The position numbers and the translations under genes were made by a program. A stretch of DNA of 64,000 nt from Candidatus Microgenomates bacterium (GTDB taxonomy: Bacteria > Patescibacteriota > Microgenomatia > Daviesbacterales > UBA10151): NCBI GenBank assembly GCA_016182045.1, contig JACOYE010000009.1, positions 1,328 through 65,327 of the forward strand, in the 5' to 3' direction. Position 1 is the first letter of the stretch. Every line of letters begins with the position of its first letter. The notes below the pieces were generated by a model. That model saw nothing but the letters and a program-made list of their open reading frames with translations. It was not told the origin of the DNA and ran no database searches. Of this stretch, positions 35,892 through 45,341 are shown one piece after another.

Positions 35892-36900
35892 CAGCTTGAT
35901 GATACCATCCTGCAACCATTTTTGCCACATTATCTGGAAAATTCTTACGTTTTTCGTCAGAAAAAGGAAAGCTCTGCTTATCAAGAATATCAAACCAATA
36001 GACATTTTTTTCTTTTTTAAACCAGGTTAATTGCCTTCTGATATAGCCGTGAATTTTGTTTTGCATGATTTCAATTAAACCCTGATCTCCCTCGATCACC
36101 CTTATTTTCCCATCTAAATAATCAGCCAATACTCCATATTCCAATCCCAACTGCCTCATTCTTTTTAAACTGAGTCCCCCTTTATACAATCTTTTTGCTT
36201 CCTCAACCATTCCCTGGTTTAGCCTTTTAACTACACGTTCATCTGATCCTTGATAAAGAATCCTCCTTGATGCGGTCAGTCCAATCTTTAAAGTATTAAG
36301 ACCACCTCGGATGGTGGCCCGTAGGGACTCCTCCGAGATGAATTCAGCTGATGCAAGCTCTATAGCCCTAACCAGTCTTCTTGGATTTTGTCTATCAGAA
36401 TCATTCATTTTCTTCCATCTTTGGGGGGAAAGTTTTTGTAATCTTGCCTGCAATTGAGACAGAGGTAACTTCTCCAGCTCTTTTCTTAACTTTAAATTTG
36501 GTGGAATTGCCAAAGCAGGTAATCCTTCAAGCAGGGCCTTCAGGTATAACCCCGTCCCACCAACTACAATAGGTAGCTTGCCTCTTTCCCTTATTTCCCC
36601 AATTACCCTATTTGCATCCTTGACATAATCAAAAACTGTATATTGCTTTTTAGGACTAATCACATCATGCATCCACACCCTAATCCCCCCAATCTCCCAA
36701 AACCCCTGTCCCTTCTTCCAGTTTCCATCTTCCAGTTTCCATCTTCCGCTGGGTAGTTTACCCGTCCCTATATCAAGTCCCACATAAACTTGTCTAGAAT
36801 CACAAGAAACCAATTCCCCATCAAATTTTTTGGCCAAAATTAATGCCAAATCAGTTTTGCCTGTGGATGTTGGACCCAAGATAACTAAAAGTTTTTTCAT
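35875..36900 (-). CDS. miaA: tRNA dimethylallyltransferase
   Basis: GPTSTGKT, DSRQVY, DIGTGK, VGGTGLY and RRQLTWF motifs. Confidence 0.95.
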   Translation of the reverse strand: MKKLLVILGPTSTGKTDLALILAKKFDGELVSCDSRQVYVGLDIGTGKLPSGRWKLEDGNWKKGQGFWEIGGIRVWMHDVISPKKQYTVFDYVKDANRVIGEIRERGKLPIVVGGTGLYLKALLEGLPALAIPPNLKLRKELEKLPLSQLQARLQKLSPQRWKKMNDSDRQNPRRLVRAIELASAEFISEESLRATIRGGLNTLKIGLTASRRILYQGSDERVVKRLNQGMVEEAKRLYKGGLSLKRMRQLGLEYGVLADYLDGKIRVIEGDQGLIEIMQNKIHGYIRRQLTWFKKEKNVYWFDILDKQSFPFSDEKRKNFPDNVAKMVAGWYHQADDTKN

Positions 36901-36948
36901 TTCTCAAGATTATACTGTAACTGCTTAGAACTTTGGTACAATTATTCA

Positions 36949-38286
36949 ATGAAGATTGCCATATTGGGTGCTGGTTTTACCGGACTTTCTGCTGCCTTTA
37001 GACTTTTACAAAAAGGTTATCAGGTGACTATTTTTGAGAAGGAAGAAAGTTCAGGCGGATTGGCCGTGGGGTTTAAATTAGCCAACTGGCAGTGGAGTTT
37101 AGAAAAAGGTTATCATCACTGGTTTACCAATGATGATTCCATTTTGCATTTGGCCAAAGAGATAAATCACCAGGTAATCATTGAACGTCCTAGTACAGAT
37201 GTTTTTACTCATGGTAAGCGTTTACCTTTTGATAGTGCGACCACCCTGATAAATTTTAGATACCTACCAATTATTGACAGAGTCCGGGTAGCTTTAATCT
37301 TGGCATTTTTAAAAATACTACCAAGCCATCATTTACTTGATGGTAAAAAAGCTTTACCTTGGATCAGAAAATTTATGGGGGAAAAATCCACCAAACTTAT
37401 CTGGAACCCCCTTTTTACTTCTAAATTTGGCAAGTTTAGTGAACAGATTGCTCTCACCTGGTTTTGGGCCAGAATTAAAAAAAGAACCCCTTCTTTGGCT
37501 TATCCCCAAGAAGGATTTCAAGCTTTTGCCGATCATCTAGGTAAAGAGATTAAAAAAATGGGTGGGGAAATCTTGCTAAATACTCAAGTTGTCGAATTGG
37601 TAAGTAGAAATAACGATGTTGTTGTTAAAACTACCAACTACCCGCTTCGCGACTTTCGTCGACGCAGGCGCGAGGCGAGCCAACTACCAACTACCAACTA
37701 CTATTTCGACAAAGTAATAGTTACTTTACCCTCTCCTATCTTTACAAAAATTGCCCATGGACTGCCCAAGCAATACACGGATAGAATAACCTCAATTCCT
37801 CATCTGCATGCTCAGGTATTAATCCTGATTTTAAACAAACCTTTTATGGATAAAACCTATTGGTTAAATATTACAGAAAAGGATTTCCCTTTCTTGATCT
37901 TGGCAGAACATACCAACTTTATGGATTCCAAATACTATGGCGGACAACATATCTTATATATAGGCAATTATCTGCCGCCTGATCATCCGTATCTTAAGAT
38001 GACTGTGAAAGAATTATTAAAAGTTTTTGACCCTTTTCTTAAAAAGATAAATCCAAACTACCAACTACATACTACAAACTACCAACTATTCATTGGTCCT
38101 TTTGCCCAGCCCATTGTCACAGTTGACTACCCAAACTTGATTCCATCATTTACAACTCCACTAAAAGGAGTTTATCTTGCCAACTTAGACATGGTCTATC
38201 CTTGGGATAGGGGAACAAATTATGCTGTTGAGCTGGGAGAGAAAATTGCTGATATGATAGATAAAGATCATGCCAAAGTTAAATAA
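36949..38286 (+). CDS. FAD-dependent oxidoreductase (amine oxidase/PPO-like)
   Basis: GAGFTG Rossmann motif, GGLA, YHH and YPWDRG. Confidence 0.85.
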   Translation: MKIAILGAGFTGLSAAFRLLQKGYQVTIFEKEESSGGLAVGFKLANWQWSLEKGYHHWFTNDDSILHLAKEINHQVIIERPSTDVFTHGKRLPFDSATTLINFRYLPIIDRVRVALILAFLKILPSHHLLDGKKALPWIRKFMGEKSTKLIWNPLFTSKFGKFSEQIALTWFWARIKKRTPSLAYPQEGFQAFADHLGKEIKKMGGEILLNTQVVELVSRNNDVVVKTTNYPLRDFRRRRREASQLPTTNYYFDKVIVTLPSPIFTKIAHGLPKQYTDRITSIPHLHAQVLILILNKPFMDKTYWLNITEKDFPFLILAEHTNFMDSKYYGGQHILYIGNYLPPDHPYLKMTVKELLKVFDPFLKKINPNYQLHTTNYQLFIGPFAQPIVTVDYPNLIPSFTTPLKGVYLANLDMVYPWDRGTNYAVELGEKIADMIDKDHAKVK

Positions 38287-39874
38287 GCAATTTCTTCTAT
38301 TAGCATTAATCATCATAATTGGGTCATTTTTACGCTTCTACAAACTGGACTGGGGTGAGGGATTATTTACTCACCCGGATGAATATCATATAGCTAGCTC
38401 TGTTAGGCAATTATCTTTTCCTTCTCAGATGAATCCACATTTTTTCAATTATGGAACAGTCATTATTTACCTAAATTTTCTTACTAAAGAGATTTTGCAA
38501 AACTTTAATCTGGATCCATTTTTGATTGGACGTTTTTATTCAAGCTTATTCTCAACACTAACTATCTTCGTAATATACAAAATCAGTAGATTTATTCTGG
38601 ATAAAAAATGGGCTCTTGTGTCAGCATTGTTAGTTGCCATCACTCCAGGACTAATTCAGCAAGCTCATTTTTCAACACCCGAATCCACCCTCACATTCTT
38701 TATTACTTCAGCGCTGCTATTTCTTCTTCACTTTATTAGAGATGGCAGGCTAAATTATCTACTTCTTTCATCCGTTTTTTTAGGATTAGGTATGGGGACT
38801 AAAGTTGTGGCAATTCTTTTTTTGCCATTATTCATATTAGGAATAATTATCAAATCTTTAAAAAAGCCCTCAAATTTACTGCTGCTTGTGGCTGCTGCCA
38901 CCATTACCACCATCACCATATTTGCCATATCTTCACCATTCGTTTTTCTAGACTTCTCAAGTTGGCGTTCCTCATTCAATTATGAGCAATCACTGGCAAT
39001 GGGAAAAATACCGATTTTCTACACCAGACAATTTATTAATACTTATCCCATTCTTTTTCAGCTAGAAAAAATCTTGCCGTTTACTTTGGGGATACCACAG
39101 TCAATTTTCGCTGTCTTTGGTTTTATCTTTATTCCCTTCTTGTTAATCAGAAAATTTAAGCCAGATTTGTTCATTATTTTATTAGTATTCTTAATTTTTT
39201 TTCTTACCAACGCACTTCTTTTTACCAAATGGACTCGCTTTGTTACCCCCACTTTTCCTTTTTTTGCAATTTTTACCTCCCTTTTCCTGCAAGAAATATC
39301 AAAGAAAGCTCGCTCTTTAGGATTGATATTAACTACTGTCACAGCTATCCTAACAATAATCTGGTCATGGGCATTCTTTTCAATTTACTTAAATCATGAT
39401 GTCCGTATTGAAGCTGATAAGTGGCTAAAGTCGCAACTGCCAAAAGAGTCTGTTTTTTTGGTGGAAGGAGGAAACATCGTTGATTTACCATTGACTGGCT
39501 CTGAAAGAATATCTCTAGATTTTTACCATCTGGAGGATGATCCAGCTGTCAGGCAAAAAATAATCGAGACCCTAGCCAGATCTGATTATTTTCTTATTCA
39601 ATCTCGTCGAGTTTTTTTAAATCATCAAAGACTCTCCACTCTTTATCCTAAAACAGCTCGCTTCTATGATGCTCTTTTTAGTGGCCAACTGGGATTTGAG
39701 CAAATTAAGCAGTTTCATTCCTATCCCCGCCTATCTTTGGGAGCTTTCATTTGGGAGTTTCCTGATGAACAAGCAGAAGAAACCTGGTCTGTTTTTGATC
39801 ATCCAATCATTCGAATTTTCCAGAAAAAAGTAAAATTAACTAAGGAGGATTATGAAAAAATTATTGAGCAATAA
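38270..39874 (+). CDS. GT-C (family 39/ArnT-like) glycosyltransferase
   Basis: LRFY...HPDE, NPHFFNYG, multi-TM, EETWSVFDHP. Confidence 0.85.
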   Translation: MPKLNKQFLLLALIIIIGSFLRFYKLDWGEGLFTHPDEYHIASSVRQLSFPSQMNPHFFNYGTVIIYLNFLTKEILQNFNLDPFLIGRFYSSLFSTLTIFVIYKISRFILDKKWALVSALLVAITPGLIQQAHFSTPESTLTFFITSALLFLLHFIRDGRLNYLLLSSVFLGLGMGTKVVAILFLPLFILGIIIKSLKKPSNLLLLVAAATITTITIFAISSPFVFLDFSSWRSSFNYEQSLAMGKIPIFYTRQFINTYPILFQLEKILPFTLGIPQSIFAVFGFIFIPFLLIRKFKPDLFIILLVFLIFFLTNALLFTKWTRFVTPTFPFFAIFTSLFLQEISKKARSLGLILTTVTAILTIIWSWAFFSIYLNHDVRIEADKWLKSQLPKESVFLVEGGNIVDLPLTGSERISLDFYHLEDDPAVRQKIIETLARSDYFLIQSRRVFLNHQRLSTLYPKTARFYDALFSGQLGFEQIKQFHSYPRLSLGAFIWEFPDEQAEETWSVFDHPIIRIFQKKVKLTKEDYEKIIEQ

Positions 39875-41519
39875 TCAGTATTTTTATTTAGTGATCATCC
39901 TAATTATTGCAGCAACTTTGAGATTCTATGGCCTTAACTGGGATCAAAACCAACATCTTCACCCAGATGAGAGGATGATAACGATGGTGAGTTTGAATAT
40001 CCGTTTACCTCAAGATAAATATGAATGGCAGAATATTATGACGCCACAAAGTGTTCTTAATCCAAAATTTTTTGCTTATGGCAATTTTCCTATTTATCTT
40101 TTAAAAATTAGCGGATCTTTATTGGGACAAATTGATCACAAATTATCCACTTACGATGGGATAAACTTATTGGGAAGAATCTGGTCTGTGATTTTTGATA
40201 TTGGTATTATAATCATACTTTTCCTTTTAGGTAAAAAATTATTCAGTGAAATAATAGGAATATTTTCAGCCTTTTTCTATACTATCTCGGTTTTAGCAAT
40301 TCAACTGGCTCATTTTTATGCTGTTGATACACCCTTAACTTTTTTCATATTATTGACACTTTATCAAAGTATCAGATTTTATGAGAGGCCAACCAAACTA
40401 AGAGCAGTTTTTGTGGGGTTTTTATTTGGTCTCTCCCTGTCCATCAAAACAAGTGCATTACTTTTGGTCTCATCAATTGGCATTGCCTTAGCTGTCCCTC
40501 ACATTTGGTTCCCTCATTTGCCATTATTTATGAAAAAACTTCTTATGAATGGACTGATTATTATTGCCATCAGCATAATAACTTTTGTAATATTTGAACC
40601 TTTCGCTTTGATCGACTTTTCTAGCTTTTGGAGTCAAACTCAAGAACAACGAAGAATGACCTATGATCCATTTACCTTTCCCTATACCTTACAATATGTG
40701 GGAAAAATCCCCTATATTTATGAAATAAAAAATATCTTTCTTTGGGGAGAGGGCCCAATTCTTGCCACACTATCATTTATCAGCATTTTCTATTTCACAT
40801 ATCTAGCACTTAAAAAATACAGGCAACCAGTTTGGGCAAAGGAATTAATCCTTGTGATATTTTTTTGGGTGTATTTTTTTGTGGTGGGAAATTTTTCCAT
40901 CGGTTTTATGCGCTATATGCTTCCTATTTATCCTATATTTTGTCTGGCAGCAGCAGTTTTATTTTATGCTGTTTTCAAAAGATTACCCATTATTCTTTAT
41001 TCTTTATTCATAATTCTATCACTGATCTGGCCTTTATCATTTATTAATATTTATTCACAACCAAACACCAGAGTCTTAGCAACAGATTGGATCAATAAAA
41101 ATATTCCATTGGGTTCAACTATAGCTACCGAGCATTGGGATGATGGTTTGCCTCTTGGTACTCAAGACAATTACAAAGTTTTAGAATTACCAATGTATGA
41201 ACCGGATGCGCCCGCTAAATGGGATAAGATTAATCAAATATTACAAGAAACAGAATATATAATTATTGCATCAAACAGACTTTATACCCCATTACAAAAA
41301 CTTACCAACTGCTCAAAACTTCCTCCTGGCCGTTGTTATACTCAAACAGCCCAGTATTATAAAAAATTATTTGACGGTTCTTTGGGTTTTAAAAAAATTG
41401 CCGAATTTTCAATTTACCCAAAAATTCCATTTCTAAATATTGAAATTGAAGATCAAAATGCCGATGAATCATTCACTGTCTATGATCATCCAAAAGTTTT
41501 GATTTTTAAAAAATCATAA
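39852..41519 (+). CDS. GT-C (family 39/ArnT-like) glycosyltransferase
   Basis: HLHPDER, NPKFFAYG and DESFTVYDHP; paralog of the preceding gene. Confidence 0.85.
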   Translation: MKKLLSNNQYFYLVIILIIAATLRFYGLNWDQNQHLHPDERMITMVSLNIRLPQDKYEWQNIMTPQSVLNPKFFAYGNFPIYLLKISGSLLGQIDHKLSTYDGINLLGRIWSVIFDIGIIIILFLLGKKLFSEIIGIFSAFFYTISVLAIQLAHFYAVDTPLTFFILLTLYQSIRFYERPTKLRAVFVGFLFGLSLSIKTSALLLVSSIGIALAVPHIWFPHLPLFMKKLLMNGLIIIAISIITFVIFEPFALIDFSSFWSQTQEQRRMTYDPFTFPYTLQYVGKIPYIYEIKNIFLWGEGPILATLSFISIFYFTYLALKKYRQPVWAKELILVIFFWVYFFVVGNFSIGFMRYMLPIYPIFCLAAAVLFYAVFKRLPIILYSLFIILSLIWPLSFINIYSQPNTRVLATDWINKNIPLGSTIATEHWDDGLPLGTQDNYKVLELPMYEPDAPAKWDKINQILQETEYIIIASNRLYTPLQKLTNCSKLPPGRCYTQTAQYYKKLFDGSLGFKKIAEFSIYPKIPFLNIEIEDQNADESFTVYDHPKVLIFKKS

Positions 41520-41521
41520 TT

Positions 41522-43690
41522 GTGAATAAGAAAAATATTTTAATATCTGTACTTTTTTGTATGCTTCTGATTATCTTCTGGCTATCTATAGGCAGGAAAG
41601 TGGAACTGGAAATTCATACTGGAAGTGTAAGCACTGTCTGGCAAAATAATAAACTTCTCGTCCAAAGGCAATCTAATCTTGAAAACATTAACTCTGCTTC
41701 TTTATTTATTCAAAATGATGCTGATGCTATATGGGTTACCCCATTTAGAAACCAAGAGGTGAGGATTTTCTATACCAATGGTCAATCTGAATCTTTGTAT
41801 TTTAAAAAACCAACCGCCTCTGACTTGATCGAACAACTTAAGCTACAACTTTCACCTTCACATCCTCCCTTTGCTGCAAAAGTACTCTACCGAGATCAAA
41901 GTTTTACAACTCAACTAACAATTCCTATAAAAAATGGTGAGCGAATAGAAAAAATTGTTCTTACGCTTTGGAATCCTACAGAAATAAAAATAGAGATAGG
42001 AACAGATTCTGAAAAAAGTCTATCCCTTTGGGCTCGACCAAAAATTCATCATGATGGGACAATAACAACTCCTCTCGGTACTACACCATTCATGCTATCT
42101 GTTAACAAATCCTCGTCATATTATCTTCAAATTATTCTTAGTTTATTAACAAGAAGTATTTTTGGCACTTTCATATTACTTGGGATATTTTTACCTTTTA
42201 CCAAGCTGAAATTTACAGTACCTAAATTTCATCTAGGAAAATTTTCGCAGCAAATATTAGTTTACTCTTTACCTATTATTGTTTTCCTTATTACTTCTTA
42301 TATAGCGGTTAATTATTTTGAAAAAATCCCGCACTCTCAAGATGAAGTTGCATATCTTTTTCAGGCAAAAATTTTTTCTCGCGGAGAACTGTTTGCCTAC
42401 TCTTTACCCAACGATCTAAGAAGATTTTTTGATCATGAATTTATTATCAATGACGGACAGTGGTTTGGTAAATATCCTCCGGGAACTTCTCTTTTGCTGA
42501 CAGTTGGCGAACTCTTTAGGATCCCATACCTTATCAACCCTCTTATTTCAGCTGTAAATATTTTTATATTAATAAAGCTTGCAAAAAAAATTGTACCAGT
42601 TCATATGGCGCTATTGACTGCTATCTTACTTGGATTATCTCCTTTCTTTCTACTTATCTCCAGTAGTTATTTAAGTCACCCCAGTGCTCTTCTTTTTATC
42701 CTACTGTCTCTTTTAGGATTTGTTAACATTCAAAATAATCCTAATAATAAACAAGAGTGGGTGCTTTTGGGATTTGGCATTGGATTTCTCTCTTTAATAA
42801 GACCGATTAATGCAGTTCTGATAGGAGTAGTATTTGCGATACCTCTAGTAAAATCTTTTTTTCAATATTTTAGGAATGCTAGTTTAGCACTTTTTGTTGT
42901 CCTAATTTTTTTAGCAATAAATATGTTTTATAATTTTAACCTTACAGGAAATCCCTTTTTATCTCCTTACCAGCTTTATAGTAAATACGATATGTTAGGT
43001 TTTGGGATACGAGGGACGGATTTCGGCAGTGAATTTGCCTTGAGCGATGCTTTTAGAAATTTCAGCTTCAACATCCACTCACTTCTTGATATGCTATTTC
43101 GATGGCCTAGCTTCCTAACATTAGCATTTATTCCTTTTGCTTTTATGGGTAGATTTCGCAAAAAGGCTTTCTTTTTAACACTCCTTTTTATATCTCAGGT
43201 TGGTCTATACTTTTTTCACTTCCATGAAGGAACATTCTACGGACCAAGATTTTGGTTTGAGGTTATATGGATCATTCCGCTTTTAACAGTCATGGGTCTT
43301 GCTACATTACCAAGAATATTTCCGTCTGTACGAAATATCTTACTAGTTTCTCACACTATATTAATTACACTATTAATTTTTACTATAATAAATTTTGCCT
43401 ATATCCTGCCTCAATTCAAAGGATTCAATGGGATGCAACCAATAAGCACCCTTCCTGTAAAGACACCCGCTCTCATTTTTATTTCAGATGTTGATGACAA
43501 CTGGGTAAATTATAGTCGATATTTTATCGAGCAAAATCCGTTCTTAGATACCCCTGTTATTTTTGCTCGAGATCAAGCTCTACATAATATCTCTAATAGT
43601 TTACCTCCATTATCTAATACATCTTTAATGCGTTTTTTTTCTGACAGATACTTCTATATCCTCCGAGGAAATTCCTTATCGGAAATATGA
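41522..43690 (+). CDS. GT-C glycosyltransferase with N-terminal extracellular domain
   Basis: QDEVAY, KYPPG, multi-TM, YGPRF. Confidence 0.75.
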   Translation: MNKKNILISVLFCMLLIIFWLSIGRKVELEIHTGSVSTVWQNNKLLVQRQSNLENINSASLFIQNDADAIWVTPFRNQEVRIFYTNGQSESLYFKKPTASDLIEQLKLQLSPSHPPFAAKVLYRDQSFTTQLTIPIKNGERIEKIVLTLWNPTEIKIEIGTDSEKSLSLWARPKIHHDGTITTPLGTTPFMLSVNKSSSYYLQIILSLLTRSIFGTFILLGIFLPFTKLKFTVPKFHLGKFSQQILVYSLPIIVFLITSYIAVNYFEKIPHSQDEVAYLFQAKIFSRGELFAYSLPNDLRRFFDHEFIINDGQWFGKYPPGTSLLLTVGELFRIPYLINPLISAVNIFILIKLAKKIVPVHMALLTAILLGLSPFFLLISSSYLSHPSALLFILLSLLGFVNIQNNPNNKQEWVLLGFGIGFLSLIRPINAVLIGVVFAIPLVKSFFQYFRNASLALFVVLIFLAINMFYNFNLTGNPFLSPYQLYSKYDMLGFGIRGTDFGSEFALSDAFRNFSFNIHSLLDMLFRWPSFLTLAFIPFAFMGRFRKKAFFLTLLFISQVGLYFFHFHEGTFYGPRFWFEVIWIIPLLTVMGLATLPRIFPSVRNILLVSHTILITLLIFTIINFAYILPQFKGFNGMQPISTLPVKTPALIFISDVDDNWVNYSRYFIEQNPFLDTPVIFARDQALHNISNSLPPLSNTSLMRFFSDRYFYILRGNSLSEI

Positions 43691-43708
43691 ACAATACTCA
43701 CTCATTAG

Positions 43709-44749
43709 TTACATAAGGTACTTAAATAGTCTAAGAATTCCCTGTTTCCAGCCAGCTGTATGGGTTATACCGGAAGTATGAGTTTTTATCTCCTTATAAT
43801 TTTTTAGATACCAATCATATGCTTTAATAAGTGCTTGTGCATTCGAATATTTTGGTTTCCAATTGAGTGTTTCCTTAAGTTTTTCTATAGAAACAAACGA
43901 ATCTTTATCTGCAGTATCATAAACCCATTGATATAAAGGAGACAATTTTAGCTTATCAAAAAGCCACAATAATTTTTTGATTAACCACGCAGGTGTTGGA
44001 AAAACTTTAGACCCGGATTTTGCAAATTTGAAAAGCTCCCCTAAATCCTTTTTTACTGTCCCAAACTTCTCGGCACCAATATTAAATACCCCATTGTAAG
44101 ATCCTTTATTCCCCCGGCAAAACAGATAAATTACCTCAACCAAATCATCCACATCTAATAGTTGATATCTGTTACCTCCGTTTCCTATCACAGGAATTTT
44201 CTTACCGTCATGAATCCAGTCGAATAGAATCTCAAAAACTCCCAACCTGCCTGTTCCCACAAAAGTTTTTGGTCTTATTACTGTAATTGGCATTCCTTCT
44301 TCTATTGCTTGAAAGCATAAATCCTCGGCAATTATTTTTGACTCCCCATATGGCCCAACCCCAATTCTGGGATCCTCCTCTTCTATCGGATGTTTTTTGG
44401 GAATACCGTAAACTGCGGTAGAAGAAATAAAAATCACTCTTCTTACTTTGTGTTTTTTGGTAAGTTCCAAAACATTTTTTGTACCATTAATATTGGTCGT
44501 ATAGATATCCTCTTTCCCCCAAAGTGGCAGAGCTGCGGCAGCATGAATAACAATATCTGCGCCTTTTATAAGTGGGTCTAATTTTTTCTTATTACGAACA
44601 TCACAATGGGCAAGTTTGTAGTTTCCCCTATATTCCTTTGTATTAAATTGTTGAATATCCAAAAGTGTTAATGCGTATCCTTTCTTATTAAGATAGGTGG
44701 TAAGGTGTAATCCTAAAAATCCGGCTCCTCCGGTAATTACAACTTTCAT
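43709..44749 (-). CDS. NAD-dependent epimerase/dehydratase
   Basis: TGGAGFLG, SSTAVYG and YGESK motifs; start moved to the ATG at 44749. Confidence 0.9.
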   Translation of the reverse strand: MKVVITGGAGFLGLHLTTYLNKKGYALTLLDIQQFNTKEYRGNYKLAHCDVRNKKKLDPLIKGADIVIHAAAALPLWGKEDIYTTNINGTKNVLELTKKHKVRRVIFISSTAVYGIPKKHPIEEEDPRIGVGPYGESKIIAEDLCFQAIEEGMPITVIRPKTFVGTGRLGVFEILFDWIHDGKKIPVIGNGGNRYQLLDVDDLVEVIYLFCRGNKGSYNGVFNIGAEKFGTVKKDLGELFKFAKSGSKVFPTPAWLIKKLLWLFDKLKLSPLYQWVYDTADKDSFVSIEKLKETLNWKPKYSNAQALIKAYDWYLKNYKEIKTHTSGITHTAGWKQGILRLFKYLM

Positions 44750-44789
44750 AAAATGATAGAATATAGTATATAATATTTTTAGACTCACA

Positions 44790-45329
44790 ATGAATATTGG
44801 TTTTGACCTGGATAAAATTTTTATAGATTATCCACCTTTTATTCCTGGTGCCCTAATTGACTATTTGTATAAAGACAAATCCAATGGTATCTTGCGGTAT
44901 CGCCTTCCATCAAAAGGCGAACAGTTAATCAGGCTTTTAACCCACATTTCCTTTCTTCGACCTCCCATTATGACAAACATGGCAATGATCCAAAGAGAGG
45001 AGTCTAAGAATGGTAATAAATTCTACCTTATTTCAAGCAGATTCAGTTTTTTAAAACAACAAACCGAAAAAATTATAGAAAAATATGGCTTTGATAAAAT
45101 TTTTGATGATATGTTTTTTAATTTTGCAGATCAACAGCCTCATCTTTTTAAAAGTGAAGTTGTCAGACAATTAAAACTTGATCGTTACATTGACGATGAT
45201 TTACCTCTACTTCTGTTTCTCTCAAAACAAAATAAAAAGGTCGTCTTTTATTGGCTTAATAACAAAGAGAAAAAGAAAATTAAGGACAACCTCTTTGCCA
45301 TAACGCAACTTTCTGATATCCTATCATAA
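44790..45329 (+). CDS. HAD-like hydrolase
   Basis: IGFDLD motif I, ISSR, and K...YIDDD. Confidence 0.7.
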   Translation: MNIGFDLDKIFIDYPPFIPGALIDYLYKDKSNGILRYRLPSKGEQLIRLLTHISFLRPPIMTNMAMIQREESKNGNKFYLISSRFSFLKQQTEKIIEKYGFDKIFDDMFFNFADQQPHLFKSEVVRQLKLDRYIDDDLPLLLFLSKQNKKVVFYWLNNKEKKKIKDNLFAITQLSDILS

Positions 45330-45341
45330 GTTAATCCTTTT

